This document shows positions 1 through 13,720 of a DNA stretch of 64,000 bases, piece after piece. Below the pieces are notes generated by a model, which was not told the origin of the DNA, searched no databases, and saw nothing but the letters and a program-made list of their open reading frames with translations. A program made the translations under genes and the position numbers. The DNA is from Amoebidium appalachense (lineage: Eukaryota > Protista > Ichthyosporea), in assembly GCA_963693365.1 (NCBI GenBank), contig CAVNZM010000017.1:1465989-1529988 (forward strand), read 5' to 3'. Position 1 is the stretch's first letter. Every line of letters begins with the position of its first letter.

Positions 1-224
1 TTTCTAAATAAGGCAATTTTTAATGATGGCCATATGTGGGCAAATGTTGTTTGTCATAGCATCGGGTATGTAGCGCCCAAAATCTTTGACGTCCACACAG
101 GTTCCATATTGATGTCATATTAAAGTCACACCGCAAATCGCATGTTTAGACGATAAAAAATGCCTAATATTAGCTCAAGGACTAATGCAAATCGATTGAT
201 CATGTGCTCATTTTTTAATCACAG

Positions 225-436
225 AGCAATAGTTGGGAGGGCCATCAGAATCGGTGTGTTCTGCGACGGCTTAAAGGTACTCCCCTCTGTGTCTTATCTT
301 CTGCAAAACACACACGCGCACACACACTTACACTCATGACATGTGCTGCGTGCCCACAAACACACACATGGATATGCCCAAAACACATCATTTGGCAAAG
401 AATACAAGTGTACACGGACCTAGGGGGGGGGGTGCG

Positions 437-527
<91 letters not shown>

Positions 528-712
528 CCCCCCCGAAAAAAAAGAAAGAAATAAATAAATAAATAAACAAAGAGAGAGAAAGAAGGTGCAATAAGAAGAA
601 AGAAAGGATGGAAGTATGGAAGGAAGAAAGAAAACGAAAACACACCACCGCCCCTATCTCCACATTATTTCACAAGCAAAACACTACTCAGTTTCGGAGC
701 TTTTGATTTTTT

Positions 713-747
<35 letters not shown>

Positions 748-2227
748 GGGCTCATTCGGCGGGGGGAGGGGGGAGGAGGGGTTCTTTGCTCCGGCTGCCG
801 TTCTTACAAAATGTCATTTTATTCATTTTTCAGCTAACCAGCACACAACATTCTATATTAGCTCCCCAACCCAACTCATCATGTTCCCTTCATCCCGCAC
901 GCACAGAAATCAGGCCGGCAACTAGCCTGCACCCAGCAAGTGTTGCAGTGCACACAGTGGATGATGACTGGGTCTCTGTGTGCCTGTCGGTGGGGTTGGA
1001 CCCACAGGTGTTGAATTTGGAGGATGGGTTGGTGGATGTGTTGGGTGAGTCTCTTTCCCTCCCTCCCTCTCTCCCTCCCTCCCTCCCTCTCCCTCCCTCC
1101 TTCTCTCTCCCTCCCCCCCCCCCCCCCCCCCCCCTCCCTCCCTCCCCCCTTCCCCCCCCCCCCCCCCTCTCTCTCCCCTCCCTCCCTCCCCTCTCACTCC
1201 CCCCCCCCCCCCCATTCCCCCCGCCCGCCCTCTCTCCCTATCTCTCTCTTTCTCTCCCACCGTCTATCCCTCCCCCCCCCCCCCCCCCCTCACCCTCTCT
1301 CCTTCTCTTTTTCTGAGACACACACTCTCCTTCTCTCCCTCACATACACACACACTCTCTCTCTTTCTCCCTTCCCCCCCCCCCCCCCCCCCCCGCCCAT
1401 CTCTCTCTCTCTCACTCTATCTCTCTTCTCTCTCTCTCGATCTCTGGACCTCTCCCCCCCCCCCCCCCCCCCTCTTCTCTCTCTCTCTCCCCCCCCCCCC
1501 CCCCTCCCTTCATCCCTCTTGCCCTCTCCCTGCCCCCCCCACCCCCACCCCCCCTTCCTCCCAGTTCCCTTTCTCCCTTCCTTCCCACAGCACACACACG
1601 TTTATCGCAAAGGGGCTCTACCCCTTTCTAACTGTCCCTTTCTTATCAAGGCCTAGGAGTCTTGTCCCCGTGAACAACTAGCACAACATGTATCATACTG
1701 TTTTGCAGGCTCACGATACAAGAACGAACTTTTCGCTTGTTTAAACATTAGCCTCGGAGAACGGCAACGTTTATAATTCCTTCTTTGGGCCCTTGCCTGA
1801 AACTCCTAACCTCCCCCCTCCCCCCCCCTCCTTCTCTCGCGCTCTCTCTTTCTCTCTCTCTCTCTCTCTCGGTCTCTCGTTCCCTCCCTCCCCCCCTCAT
1901 CATCCCTCTCTCCCCCGTCCCCCACTCCACCCACCCACCCAGCCAACCCAAAAAAGAAAAGGAAGAAAAGAAAAACAACCTTTCCTTAGGTTCCCCCACC
2001 GTTCCTCTTATGTACCCGTCCATCGCTCACCGTATGTCTCTTTAGGCCCCAAGGATCAACAATTAGGCACCAACACCACCCAAGATTTCTTGCTGCCTGC
2101 CCTTTCCACTGTGCTAGACCCAGGTCCCACCTTTTTTCAACACAGCAGCATGGGGGTTAATGCGGAAAGTCAACATACGAGTATAAGTGTGTCTGAGTGG
2201 GAGGAAGCCCAGAACTTGTGCATTTGA
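225..2227 (+). CDS. Putative 3' part of an unknown spliced gene (exons 225-276, 907-1044, 2046-2227; possible extra exon at 1709)
   Basis: Three non-repetitive blocks with YAG acceptors and GT donors (gtactc, gtgagt) whose phases join in frame: SNSWEGHQNRCVLRRLK-E-IRPATSLH...DVL-G-PKDQQ...NLCI*. No family recognised. Confidence 0.3.
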
Positions 2228-2488
2228 GGTTGAACCAATCCACTCACACCCCCCCCTCCCCCCCCCCCCCCCTCTTCATGCGGTAGAAACACACACATAC
2301 CCACCACCACCACCATTTCATTCCATCCCCCCCCCCCCCCCCCCCCCCCCCCGCCCCCATCCTGACACATCCCTCCCCCCCCCCCCGGTGCGGCAAAGGT
2401 TGTTTCTTTGCTTGATGGTTATTCAAAGTTTCGATGGCTTTACCTTCATGTCTCCCACCGTGGTGCTTACATAAGTCCTCTTTCCCCT

Positions 2489-2530
<42 letters not shown>

Positions 2531-2936
2531 TTCCCCGCCCGCCGCCGGCCCCGCCCATGCGCCTCTGTGTTGCTTTTGAAAGAATGATGTGCTTGGGAGT
2601 TACACACACGTGCTTTTAAAGGTCTCTGGTGGAGGCATAAAGAGCCTCTGGCGATGGGCTCTGCCGCTTTTTTTCATGCATTGTTGCTGTAGTATCTGGT
2701 CTGTGTTCAAATGTTTTCCCCCAAAGGCCGAAGCCGGAATTTCATGTATGTGTGCATGCACACGCACTCACAAACACGCCGCGCGCACGCACACACACAC
2801 ACACACCCATGCACACAACCATATGCACGCTCGGACATACACATGCACCTGCACACTCGGGCACACACACGCACAAGCACACGCACACGCACATGCGCAC
2901 GCGCACGCGCACGCGCGCCCACACGCACGCACGCAC

Positions 2937-3001
<65 letters not shown>

Positions 3002-3104
3002 AAGTCGATCTGTTGCTCGCAGGTATCCGTACGGTGGTGACTCCAACCCGACTCCTTCACCCGGTGGATGTGAACTGAATAGATGTTGAAAAGCCACTAG
3101 AAAA

Positions 3105-3152
<48 letters not shown>

Positions 3153-3363
3153 TGGAAGGTATTCGATGGATGTTTTGTTCTTTTCCGTTCGTTCGGTTCT
3201 TTTTTTTTTTTTTTTGGGGGGGGGGGGGGGAACGCCAACCCACTGTGTCCTACCTCACCCTCCCTAAAAAGAGGTGCATTATTGGACAGTTACAGCAACA
3301 CGCACGCATGACATTACACCGCATAATTTAAAGTTAAAACAACGCTGTATGTTTGGCTCGTCC

Positions 3364-3556
3364 TCGGGCCATGGCCATGGAGGGGAGCATTATCTAATCA
3401 TCCGTGGGGCCAGCCGGAGGTATCCCCAAACCCCTTCGCAGGTTTACGGGGAAGAATTTCGGTCCCATTATTTCCCCATAAAACCTGCCATGGGATTTGG
3501 GGATACGTCCTTTTGGCCTCCCGGGTGATGAGATAATACCCCCGTTCATGGCTCGA
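3364..3556. repeat. Long imperfect inverted repeat (fold-back hairpin, MITE-like)
   Basis: Nested complementary arms: attatct/agataat, atcatccg/cgggtgat, gtatccccaaa 3420-3430 with tttggggatac 3496-3506, gcaggttt 3438-3445 with aaacctgc 3481-3488, ggggaa/ttcccc. Confidence 0.85.
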
Positions 3557-4003
3557 ACATATTGCATAATGCTGGTGTGAGTTGTGTGTGTGTGTGCATG
3601 TGTGTGTGTGTGCCTTTATGCTACCAATGTAGTCGATACACACACCCGCGCGCACGCACTCACCATATGGAATAGCCCATGTGTGTATAAACAAACTTGC
3701 TTATATCATACGGTAGCTATAGTTCTGTTTTACATGTCCAGACAATTTCCTACATGTTTAACCCTACATGGACCACACATGATGATGCCGCCAAAGAGTA
3801 AAAGGGCAGCAGAGGCCTGGTGCTATTCTGTACATGCATCTATGTGAATGAATTCGCTGACAGCTCGTTACTTCTCAGTCCCCCCCCCTCCCCCCCCCCC
3901 CCTCCCCCCGGCCCCTCCCCCCTTTCCCCCCCCGCGCACAACCGATTTCCCCTTCACCCCAAGTTTCAAAATACTTGTGCCCCATTTTAATCCTTCTCCA
4001 CAG

Positions 4004-4057
<54 letters not shown>

Positions 4058-4128
4058 ACAAAAAAAAAAAGAAAGAAAAAGAAAAAAAAATAGAAAGAAA
4101 GCATGAGAAAACCCCTACATCCCAGCCG

Positions 4129-4183
<55 letters not shown>

Positions 4184-4188
<5 letters not shown>

Positions 4189-4340
4189 GAGCTCCCGGAG
4201 CCCCTTCTTCCCAACTTTTTAGATACTTTTTATATACCCTATTCGAATCTCCCCCCCCCCCCCCCCCCCCCCCCCCCCGGAGCTCCCGGAGCTCCTTCTT
4301 CCCAATTTTTTAGATACTTTCTATATACCCTATTCGAATC
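4184..4340 (+). repeat. Tandem duplication of a ~65-bp unit separated by poly(C)
   Basis: ggagctcccggagc...tagatacttt(t/c)tatataccctattcgaatc occurs at ~4188-4249 and ~4280-4340. Confidence 0.9.
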
Positions 4341-6191
4341 CCCGCCTCCCCCCCCCCCCCCCCCCCCCCCCCCCAACCTTCCCCATTAAGGAGAGAAAAT
4401 TTAAACCGACGTTAGCAGTAGAGCACAGTCGGTCAGTGTGTGTGTGTGTATATATGTGCATACAAGCAGGTCCCTACTTTTCACGGCACAGTGCATGGGA
4501 CACCGATGGACGTCGACTATGTTTCAAACACACACGCAGCCGGCAGGCACCCATACTGAAAAATGTTGGTAAATTTGAAACCTTGGAGCTGTTTCAGACG
4601 TGCTCATGCCCCCTTTACCCCTTTATGTAAAGAATTCGCTGTCCTATCATACACATCTTTTGCTCACATCAATCCGGTCCATTTAAATACTAGCAAGGTT
4701 CGAGTGGGGGGGGTGTCGAGGTGGGAGCGAACCGAGTACGGAAGAAGTGAGGGGAAAGGGCTCAGAGATTATTGGCAAATGTGTGTGTGGTGGTGTTGGT
4801 GGTGGTGGTGGTGGTGAGGGTTGGGAGGGGGTGAGAGAGGCGGGGAGTTGGGGCCGGGGGGGGGGGGGGGGAGGGGGGAGGGGGGAGAGAGGAGGAAGGG
4901 GGGGGGGGGGGAGGGGGGGGGGAGGTCGTTTGATTATTCGGGGGTGCCCATTCAAAATTGGACCACCCACAGGCTCACAGGGCCGGGGTGACTGAGCGTG
5001 GTCTGTGTTTGTGTGCGTGTGCGTGTGTGTGCCAAGCCATTGTGCACGGTCGCCGCTGTGCGTCCGTGTGGGTGTGACTGCCGCAGTAGGACACTGTGTG
5101 CGTGTGCTTGCATAGTAAGGTATGTGTGTTTGTAAATATGACTGCGTGTGTGCCACCCCATGTGTGGAAGCCAGCGTGCAGTAAAGTGTGTGTAGCAGCA
5201 TTGGTGTGCCATAGCCGGCCCCACAGATCAGCGCACGCACATCACCCACATGTAAAACCCCGAAAGGAACAAAACAAACACTTGAACAACGTTGTTGCTC
5301 CTACGCACTTTAAGCTGGCAGCACGCACCTCCCGCCAACACCCACCAACTCTCGTGCCGATGGTGCGCATACCTCAAGTTACTGCATTCCATTGTTGAGA
5401 TGCTGCGCACAACTTGATCACGAGTCTCTTGAGCTGCACTGTGACTTCTTCTCCTTCCAATTTACTATCGTGCCATGTCAACAGTTGCGGCTAGAACTTA
5501 TGGTCGTAAAGTTTTAGATAGTTTGGTTTCAAGGTTAAGTAAGCCTGCAACTTAGCTCTAGCATCTAGAAGTGTACACAATCTCGCACGCCTATACTCAT
5601 GTCCCCTCAAGCCCAGCGCACATCACTCAGTACTATTTGTAGTGCACGTACATGAAGAGGACGGTTGCTGCGGCAAAACAGGATTGCAAAACATACCAGA
5701 CAGTATGGCGTTTTAAATCCTATACCCGGTTTAAAGCCCAAGTTAACGGTTTAAAGAGCAGCACTGTTGTTGTAATATCATGCACTGTTTTACCTAGCAC
5801 GAACATCGGCTTCTCCACGCTGTTGACCGTTACTTATTTGGTATTACTTACTTTGTATACTTACCCTCTTACCTTGAAAAACCAACTCGAGACATTTCAG
5901 TCCGGGACTTACAATTGTTTCGCTTGTTATGTAGTGTGCATATGAATAAGTAAAACAAAAAACAAAAGCTTTGCGCCAACGATACACCAGAACATAGAGA
6001 TTTTTGAGGGGTCTGACTCTCTCCAGCCCTTGTCCCTCTCTTAGTCTCCCATTTTGTCACTCCTTTCCACTTGAAGACGACGTTTCTCTGTGGCTTCGAC
6101 GTGCACCATGGTATGCCATTCATATTCCTGACCCCATGTGTGCGTGAATTGCGGCTTTGTAATGAGACTGTGTACGTGCGGTTCTGGTAGG

Positions 6192-6230
<39 letters not shown>

Positions 6231-6244
6231 ACCGTGTCTGTGTC

Positions 6245-6331
<87 letters not shown>

Positions 6332-6484
6332 TGTGTGTGCGCGTGTGTGCGCGTGCGTGTGTGTGTGTCTGTGTTCCCATATGACCAAAGATTAGAATAT
6401 TTTCCCGACAATTTTATATTCGAGGATACCTCCTCACAATTCCCTCTTTTTATCTAAAAAAGCCTTGTTCTATTTTATATGCAG

Positions 6485-7942
6485 GAGAAGTCCAACGGTA
6501 AACAGAAGCAGAAACAAAAAAAGCCAAAACCGCAAAAGCAAGAACAGGGAAAGAAGCAAGGAATGTAAGTGGCGTTGTGCATGTGGGTGGTGACATGGAT
6601 TCGACGGCTCCCCCCCCCCCTCCCCCCCCCCCCCCCCTTCTTCCCCCCCCTCTCTTCCCCCCTCCTCCCCCCCCCCCCCTTCCCTACCCTCCAAACCTCC
6701 CTCGTTTCTCCCCCTTTTCCTTCCCCTCTCTCTCTGTCTCCCTCCCCTCTTTTTCTCCCGTCCTCCTTCCCCTTCTCCCCTTCCCTCCCTCCCTCCCTCC
6801 CTCCCTCCCTCTCTTAGTCTCTTTCCCTTCCTCTCTTCAAGCTGGCTTCTTGTTCTGTGGGGCATGTGATTGTGCTCGCCTAAACGTTTTCGTGGATTCG
6901 TCCATAGGATGCATGCAAAACGGTTGCTTTAACACAAACATGGGCAGAAATGAAAGGGAGGAATCGTTCTGAACGGTGGATAGAAGTGATGTTTTTAAAG
7001 GGGAATATTGGTTAGAGGTCGTTGGGGAAGGTAGAGAAAGGAATCAGTGCCAATTTTTCCGGGGGGAGAGGAGGGGCAGGTCGGGGAGGGGGGAGGGGGA
7101 GGGGGGGGGGGGGGGGGGGGGGAGGGGACGAGGGGAAAAGAGAGAGAGAGGGAGAGAAGAGGGAGAGATAGTATGACAGAAAGGACTATTTCTTGTCATT
7201 TGTATATTAGCTTTCTCCCATTCTCCGTTGGGTTTAAACGCACGATATACGGTTACTGGTTTCCATACCTCGTTCCTATTGCTTCCGACATTTCCTCCCC
7301 TCGAATCCCCCCCCCCCCTCTCCCCCTTCCCCCCCCCCCCCCTCCCCCTCTCCCCTCGAATCCCCCTTTCCTCCCACTCTTGTCTGAGCCTTGTCTTTGT
7401 TACACGTTCCTCTTATGTTCTACCTATCCTCCCTGTGCATACTCCCCCCCCCCCCCCCCCCCCCCGGCACCCGTTGTCACCCCTTCCCCTGCCCTCCCCC
7501 CTCCCCCCCCCCCCCCCCCCCATACACACACACACACATACGTCCCCCCCTCTCCCCCTCCTTCCCCCCCCCCCCCCCCCCCCTCCCACCGTGTTTGTTC
7601 CGTTTTTTAGATTGTTTGCTATTTTGTCCCTTGGTGCCTCCTCCATATTTCAAACCCACTAATACACACATCCCCTTCCCCCCCCCCCCCCCCCCCCCCC
7701 CCCCCCTTTCCCCCCTCCCTCCCCTCCCTCCCTTCCCTCCATCCCCTCCCTCCCCTTTCAAAGAGTCGAAACCCATCCTTTTATGGAGGCATAGGAACCC
7801 CCCTGATGATGGGCTCTGTTCAAGTGTCTTCTTCCTGCACGGTTAAATTGTTTGATTTTGGGTTTTCCGCTTTTGTGACGTTTTGTTGTTGCTCTTTGTT
7901 GTCTCCTCCATATTTCCAACCCTCTAACGCATACATCACTCC

Positions 7943-7982
<40 letters not shown>

Positions 7983-8104
7983 TTTCCACAGGAGCAAAGC
8001 ACAGAAGAAAAACAAAAACAAGGCAGCCAAGAGATTGGGGCCCAAAAAAGGCATCAGACCTTTTAATGCTCCCCCCTCCCTGCCCTCTGGACCCACACCT
8101 GAGA
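6485..8104 (+). CDS. Putative pair of Lys/Gln-rich exons (6485-6564, 7992-8104) of an unidentified gene
   Basis: tatgcag|...AT|gtaagt and ttttccacag|G... join in phase 2 to give EKSNGKQKQKQKKPKPQKQEQGKKQG-M-SKAQKKNKNKAAKRLGPKKGIRPF. No domain recognised. Confidence 0.25.
7755..7940 (+). mobile_element. Poly(C)-embedded dispersed repeat, subfamily 2 (GTCGAAAC...CCCTGATGATGGGCTCTG core)
   Basis: Highly similar reverse-complement copy at 41005-41180; partial copies at 8157-8210 and 7590-7672; C tracts on both sides. Confidence 0.75.
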
Positions 8105-8316
8105 GTACGTCCCCCCCTTCCCCCCCCCCCCCCCCCCCCCCCCCCCCGCCGCGCGTGCGGAACCCGCCTGATGATGGGCTCTGGTCAAGTGTCTTCTGCC
8201 TGCATGGGTTTCTTCAAATATTTATTATAAACGATCTAGTGGGTTCCACCCACGGCGATGTGGGCCCAAACTCGGTCGAATATTAATCAATTTGACACAC
8301 ACACACACTCCTCCTC

Positions 8317-8347
<31 letters not shown>

Positions 8348-8485
8348 ACACGGTCTCTCTCTCTCTCATCTCTCTCTATCTCTCTCTCTCTCTCTCTCTA
8401 TCCCCCCTCTCTCCGAGGCACACACACACACTCTCTCTCTCTCATAGCACATGCTCTCTCTCTCCTCCTCTCTCTCTCTCTCGCG

Positions 8486-9815
<1,330 letters not shown>

Positions 9816-10173
9816 AATGAAGAGTGTGTCCTTATCATAATTTGCACTTTCACAGTGCGTATTCCGGAAATAAGGGGGGGAACGGGGGACGGGGGGAGGG
9901 CGGGGGAGGAAGGAAAATTTAAAGGTTTTGAAGGGCTGGTCCAGGGGGGAAGGGGGGGGGGGGGGGGGGGTAATATTGGGGTTTGGGTATTAAATGAAGC
10001 GGATGCATGCTAGTTAAGCGTGGTCACTGGTAAGTAACACATGTGTAGCTATGTCAGAAGAACACTCTCTTGAAAGAACTTGGCAATGCGAACGGTTGAA
10101 TCAAGGCTTCCGTACTGAGCGCGGGCCGCGGCCGCCGGATCCATAAAATCGATTAGTCGCCATGTATGAGTCT

Positions 10174-10239
10174 GACTTCAAGTCGCAACTTCACGAAGCT
10201 GCGCTCGTACCCTACTAGTGTGTGTGCACGCTGTGTGCA

Positions 10240-10321
<82 letters not shown>

Positions 10322-10701
10322 TGTGGGTGTGGGTGTGGGTGTGGGTGTGTACATGTGTGTGTGTGTGTGTGTGTGTACATGTGTGTGTGTGTACATGTGT
10401 GTGTGTGTACATGTGTGTGTGTGTGTGTGTGTGTGTACATGTGTGTGTGTGTGTGTGTGCGTGTGCGTGCGTGTGTTTCTCTTCTCTCTCGGGCTTGCTC
10501 CCCGTGGCTCGCTGTAGGTACGTGCACTACAATAGTAAAAGTCACCTAAAGACTCAAGTCGCAAATTAAAGTCGAGACAAGTCACCGGCTCCTTTTGACA
10601 CCTCTCACCAATTATAATAATAAGTCAAGTCGGCATAACTTGACTTGGTTGAAGTCAGGGTTACCGTGACTTCAAGTCGCAACTTTACGACTCTGCGCTC
10701 G
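10174..10701. repeat. Cluster of direct and inverted AAGTC/GACTT motifs (possible DNA-transposon end relic)
   Basis: tgacttcaagtcgcaactt(c/t)acga..ctgcgctcg at ~10174 and ~10668; gactcaagtcgcaa at 10551; aagtcaagt...acttgactt hairpin at 10622-10645; inverted ttgaagtca at ~10648. Confidence 0.6.
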
Positions 10702-10770
10702 CCGCTGCGGGGACCGCATTTTGATGATGGCACAGCTCGCCCCATCGCATGTTCGATACGATCCTGGGTT

Positions 10771-10947
10771 TGATTGGACCAAAAGCTGTGATGGAGCGCC
10801 GTACTACAATATGTGCAACGTGATTGGATCGCGCTACCACCTACATACCCTGATTGGTTAGTGGATCTTTTTGAAAACAGCTTAGTCCTTCCCCTTCCCC
10901 AGACCCTATCCCCATCTCCGTCAACCCAAACTCTCGGTCACGTGACC
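10771..10947. promoter_or_regulatory. Putative promoter: three inverted CCAAT boxes and a palindromic E-box
   Basis: TGATTGG at 10771, 10821 and 10851; GGTCACGTGACC at 10936-10947; microsatellite-free island. Confidence 0.4.
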
Positions 10948-11524
10948 TCCAAACTAAGTGACCGACTTTGGGAATAATTATTTATTTTGCAGATTGTTTT
11001 CGTGTTTTTCAATTTTTATTCCCCCCCCCCCCCCCCCTTTTTTTTTTTTTTTTTTTGTTTTTGTTTGTTTGTTTGTTTGTGACATTTTTTGTTTCGTCTT
11101 TTGATGTCTTCTCCTCCACATTGCCGACCCTCTTATGCATACATCCCCCCCCCCCCCAACACACACACACACACACACACACACCCCAAAGAAAAAAAAG
11201 AGAGAGAAGAAGATGGAGGTTCTTTGTTTGTAGCTTGCAAAACTTACCCTTTCTAATCCGTCGTGAATGTGCGCTTCGTACTCTGTAACACGTTCGAACC
11301 CCCCCCCCCCCCCACACCCCCCCCCCCCCCCCCCTCCCTCCCCCTCCTCCCCCCTCCCCCCGGAAGCACATGCTCAAACCACATATACACCCACACATCA
11401 CACGTCACACACACACACACACATACACACACACAAAAACACACACAATCCTCCTCCTCTCCCCCCCCCCCCCCCCTCCTCCCCCCCACACACACACATC
11501 CTCCCTCCCCCCCCCCCCCCCCCC

Positions 11525-11797
11525 ATTTTCCCACATCACGACTCATTCATCTCCCGCACTGCAAAATACGGCATCATGACAAGTCAAATGCATAGCTACC
11601 AGCGCAAATGCTCCACACTTGCTGCATTCACCACATGCACTGCACGACTTGCTAAAACATTGCTTAACAAAGGCTACTCGTTTAGACTCTTGCACCACAA
11701 AATGCACAGCTTTCTCGCCACACACCCGCACATATACCGTGGCGTTCACTCCTCTCACATACTCTCCATCATCACTAAAAAGATCAACACTCCCTAG
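11525..11797 (+). mobile_element. Penelope-like retroelement relic, C-terminal RT thumb region (Naiad/Chlamys-type architecture)
   Basis: IFPHHDSFISRTAKYGIMTSQMHSYQRKCSTLAAFTTCTARLAKTLLNKGYSFRLLHHKMHSF...* fits the FPxxxSxI....YG...SQ..R..R.CS....F......L...LL.KGY....L pattern I recognise from Penelope-like RT thumbs. It ends at a stop with no C-terminal GIY-YIG and is flanked by poly(C). Confidence 0.72.
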
Positions 11798-11816
11798 TCC
11801 CCCACTCTATCCCGGT

Positions 11817-11866
<50 letters not shown>

Positions 11867-12230
11867 TACCAGCCCCTACACCTCCCCCCCCCCCCCCCCC
11901 CCCCCCCCCTCCCCCCCCTCCCTCTCTCTCTCCTTCTCCCTCTCTCTCCCTCCCTCTCTCTCTCTCTGTCTCCCTCTCTCGCTCTCTTTCGTTCTCTCTC
12001 GTTCTCTCCCTCCCTCTCTCTCTCTCTCCCTCTCCCCCTCTCTCCCCCCCCTCTCCCCCCCTCTCCCCCCCCCCCCCCCCTCCCCCCCCCCCCCCCCCCC
12101 CCTCTCTCTCTCCCCCCGCTCCTTTTCCCAAACAATTCCCCCGCCGTTCTTCTTTCTCAGCCGGCTAGGTTTTTTGGGTTGCCTGGTAAGTTTTGAAATG
12201 GAGGTCTCGTCTCTGATCTGTCCACCACAG

Positions 12231-12281
<51 letters not shown>

Positions 12282-12306
12282 CCCTCCCTCCCTCCCCTCC
12301 CTTCCC

Positions 12307-12374
<68 letters not shown>

Positions 12375-12445
12375 CTTTCCCCTTCTCCTCCCCCCCCCCC
12401 CCCCCCCCCCCCCCCCTTCCCCTCCTACCTTCTTTTTCCCCCCCT

Positions 12446-12477
<32 letters not shown>

Positions 12478-12506
12478 TGGCCAAACCCTGTATACACTCT
12501 TCTCAT

Positions 12507-12830
12507 CAGCAGGTCTCTAACCCACTCTGCAGAACGTTTTACGCATTTCTCCCCTCGGAGAACTTGGTCGTTGGTGCGTTTTTGTCTGACATCTAACGAC
12601 TCTGCAGGGTCCCCTGAGACTACTGACACTCTAACATTCCCTCCCCTCTCTTACTTCCCCCCCCCCCCCTCCCCCTTTCCCTCCTCCTTCCCCTCCCATT
12701 TTCTCTGCACACCCAACAGGTCTTAACCAGATCTGCACATCGTTAGTCACAATCTTCTCACATATATGAGAGAATGATCGTATTGGTACGATTTGTCTAA
12801 TATCTGACGATTCTGCAGCATCCCTAAGAC
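12507..12830 (+). repeat. Diverged tandem duplicate of a ~115-bp unit
   Basis: caggtct(c)taacc..tctgca...tttgtct(g/a)a(c/t)atct(a/g)acga(c/t)tctgcag..tccc.t(g/a)agac at 12510-12620 and 12717-12830. Confidence 0.7.
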
Positions 12831-12893
12831 CCCCCTCCCCCTCCCCTCCCCCCCCTCCCCCCCCCCCCCCCCCCCCCCCTTCTCTCTCTCTCC

Positions 12894-13028
<135 letters not shown>

Positions 13029-13033
13029 TTCCT

Positions 13034-13071
<38 letters not shown>

Positions 13072-13132
13072 GCGCCTGTTGTTTTGCTTGTCATTTGTTG
13101 TTCTGGTTGATTACCTGTAATCTTCGCTTATT

Positions 13133-13167
<35 letters not shown>

Positions 13168-13720
13168 TGTGCGGGGTTGCACATACCGGTGTCTACTTTT
13201 CTTCTTACTGTTTTTCTCTCCACACACTTCATCTGTCCACTTCTGCATACCCCCTTTCATAGCTATAGACACACTTCACACATTGCGTTACGCGCACGCA
13301 TGCACACACCGCTCTGTTGGCGACAGCTCCCTTGGAACCCATGCGGCATGTTACCCGCCGGCGTAACATAACTCGGACTATCGGTTTGGCTTTTTTCAAG
13401 CCCAAAGCAATGGGTGATACCATATTTCCGGCTGACATCCGGGGGCATAGCTTTCCGTTCGAAGACGATAAAGTTCCGCCCTAGTAAGCGTGTTACTACC
13501 CTGCGGCGTGGGTCAAATCTCATATTTTCCCCTCTGATTACGAATTCTGTGGCCTTCGGGACTTAATTCTTTTCAGCTGGTGTAGTATGTTAGCCAGGGA
13601 AGTATCGACTTAGGTATCGACGGGGGAGCTTCCTAGAAGCCCCGTCTCCTGAGTTCCTATCTATATTTTTCTTGCTTCTGCTTACTGCTGCAACTTTAAC
13701 CCCCGGCCTTTCCCACTGCC

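Noticed and set aside
10118-10155. Adjacent NotI, BamHI and ClaI sites suggesting a vector polylinker
   Set aside because: Short GC-rich coincidence with no other vector sequence.
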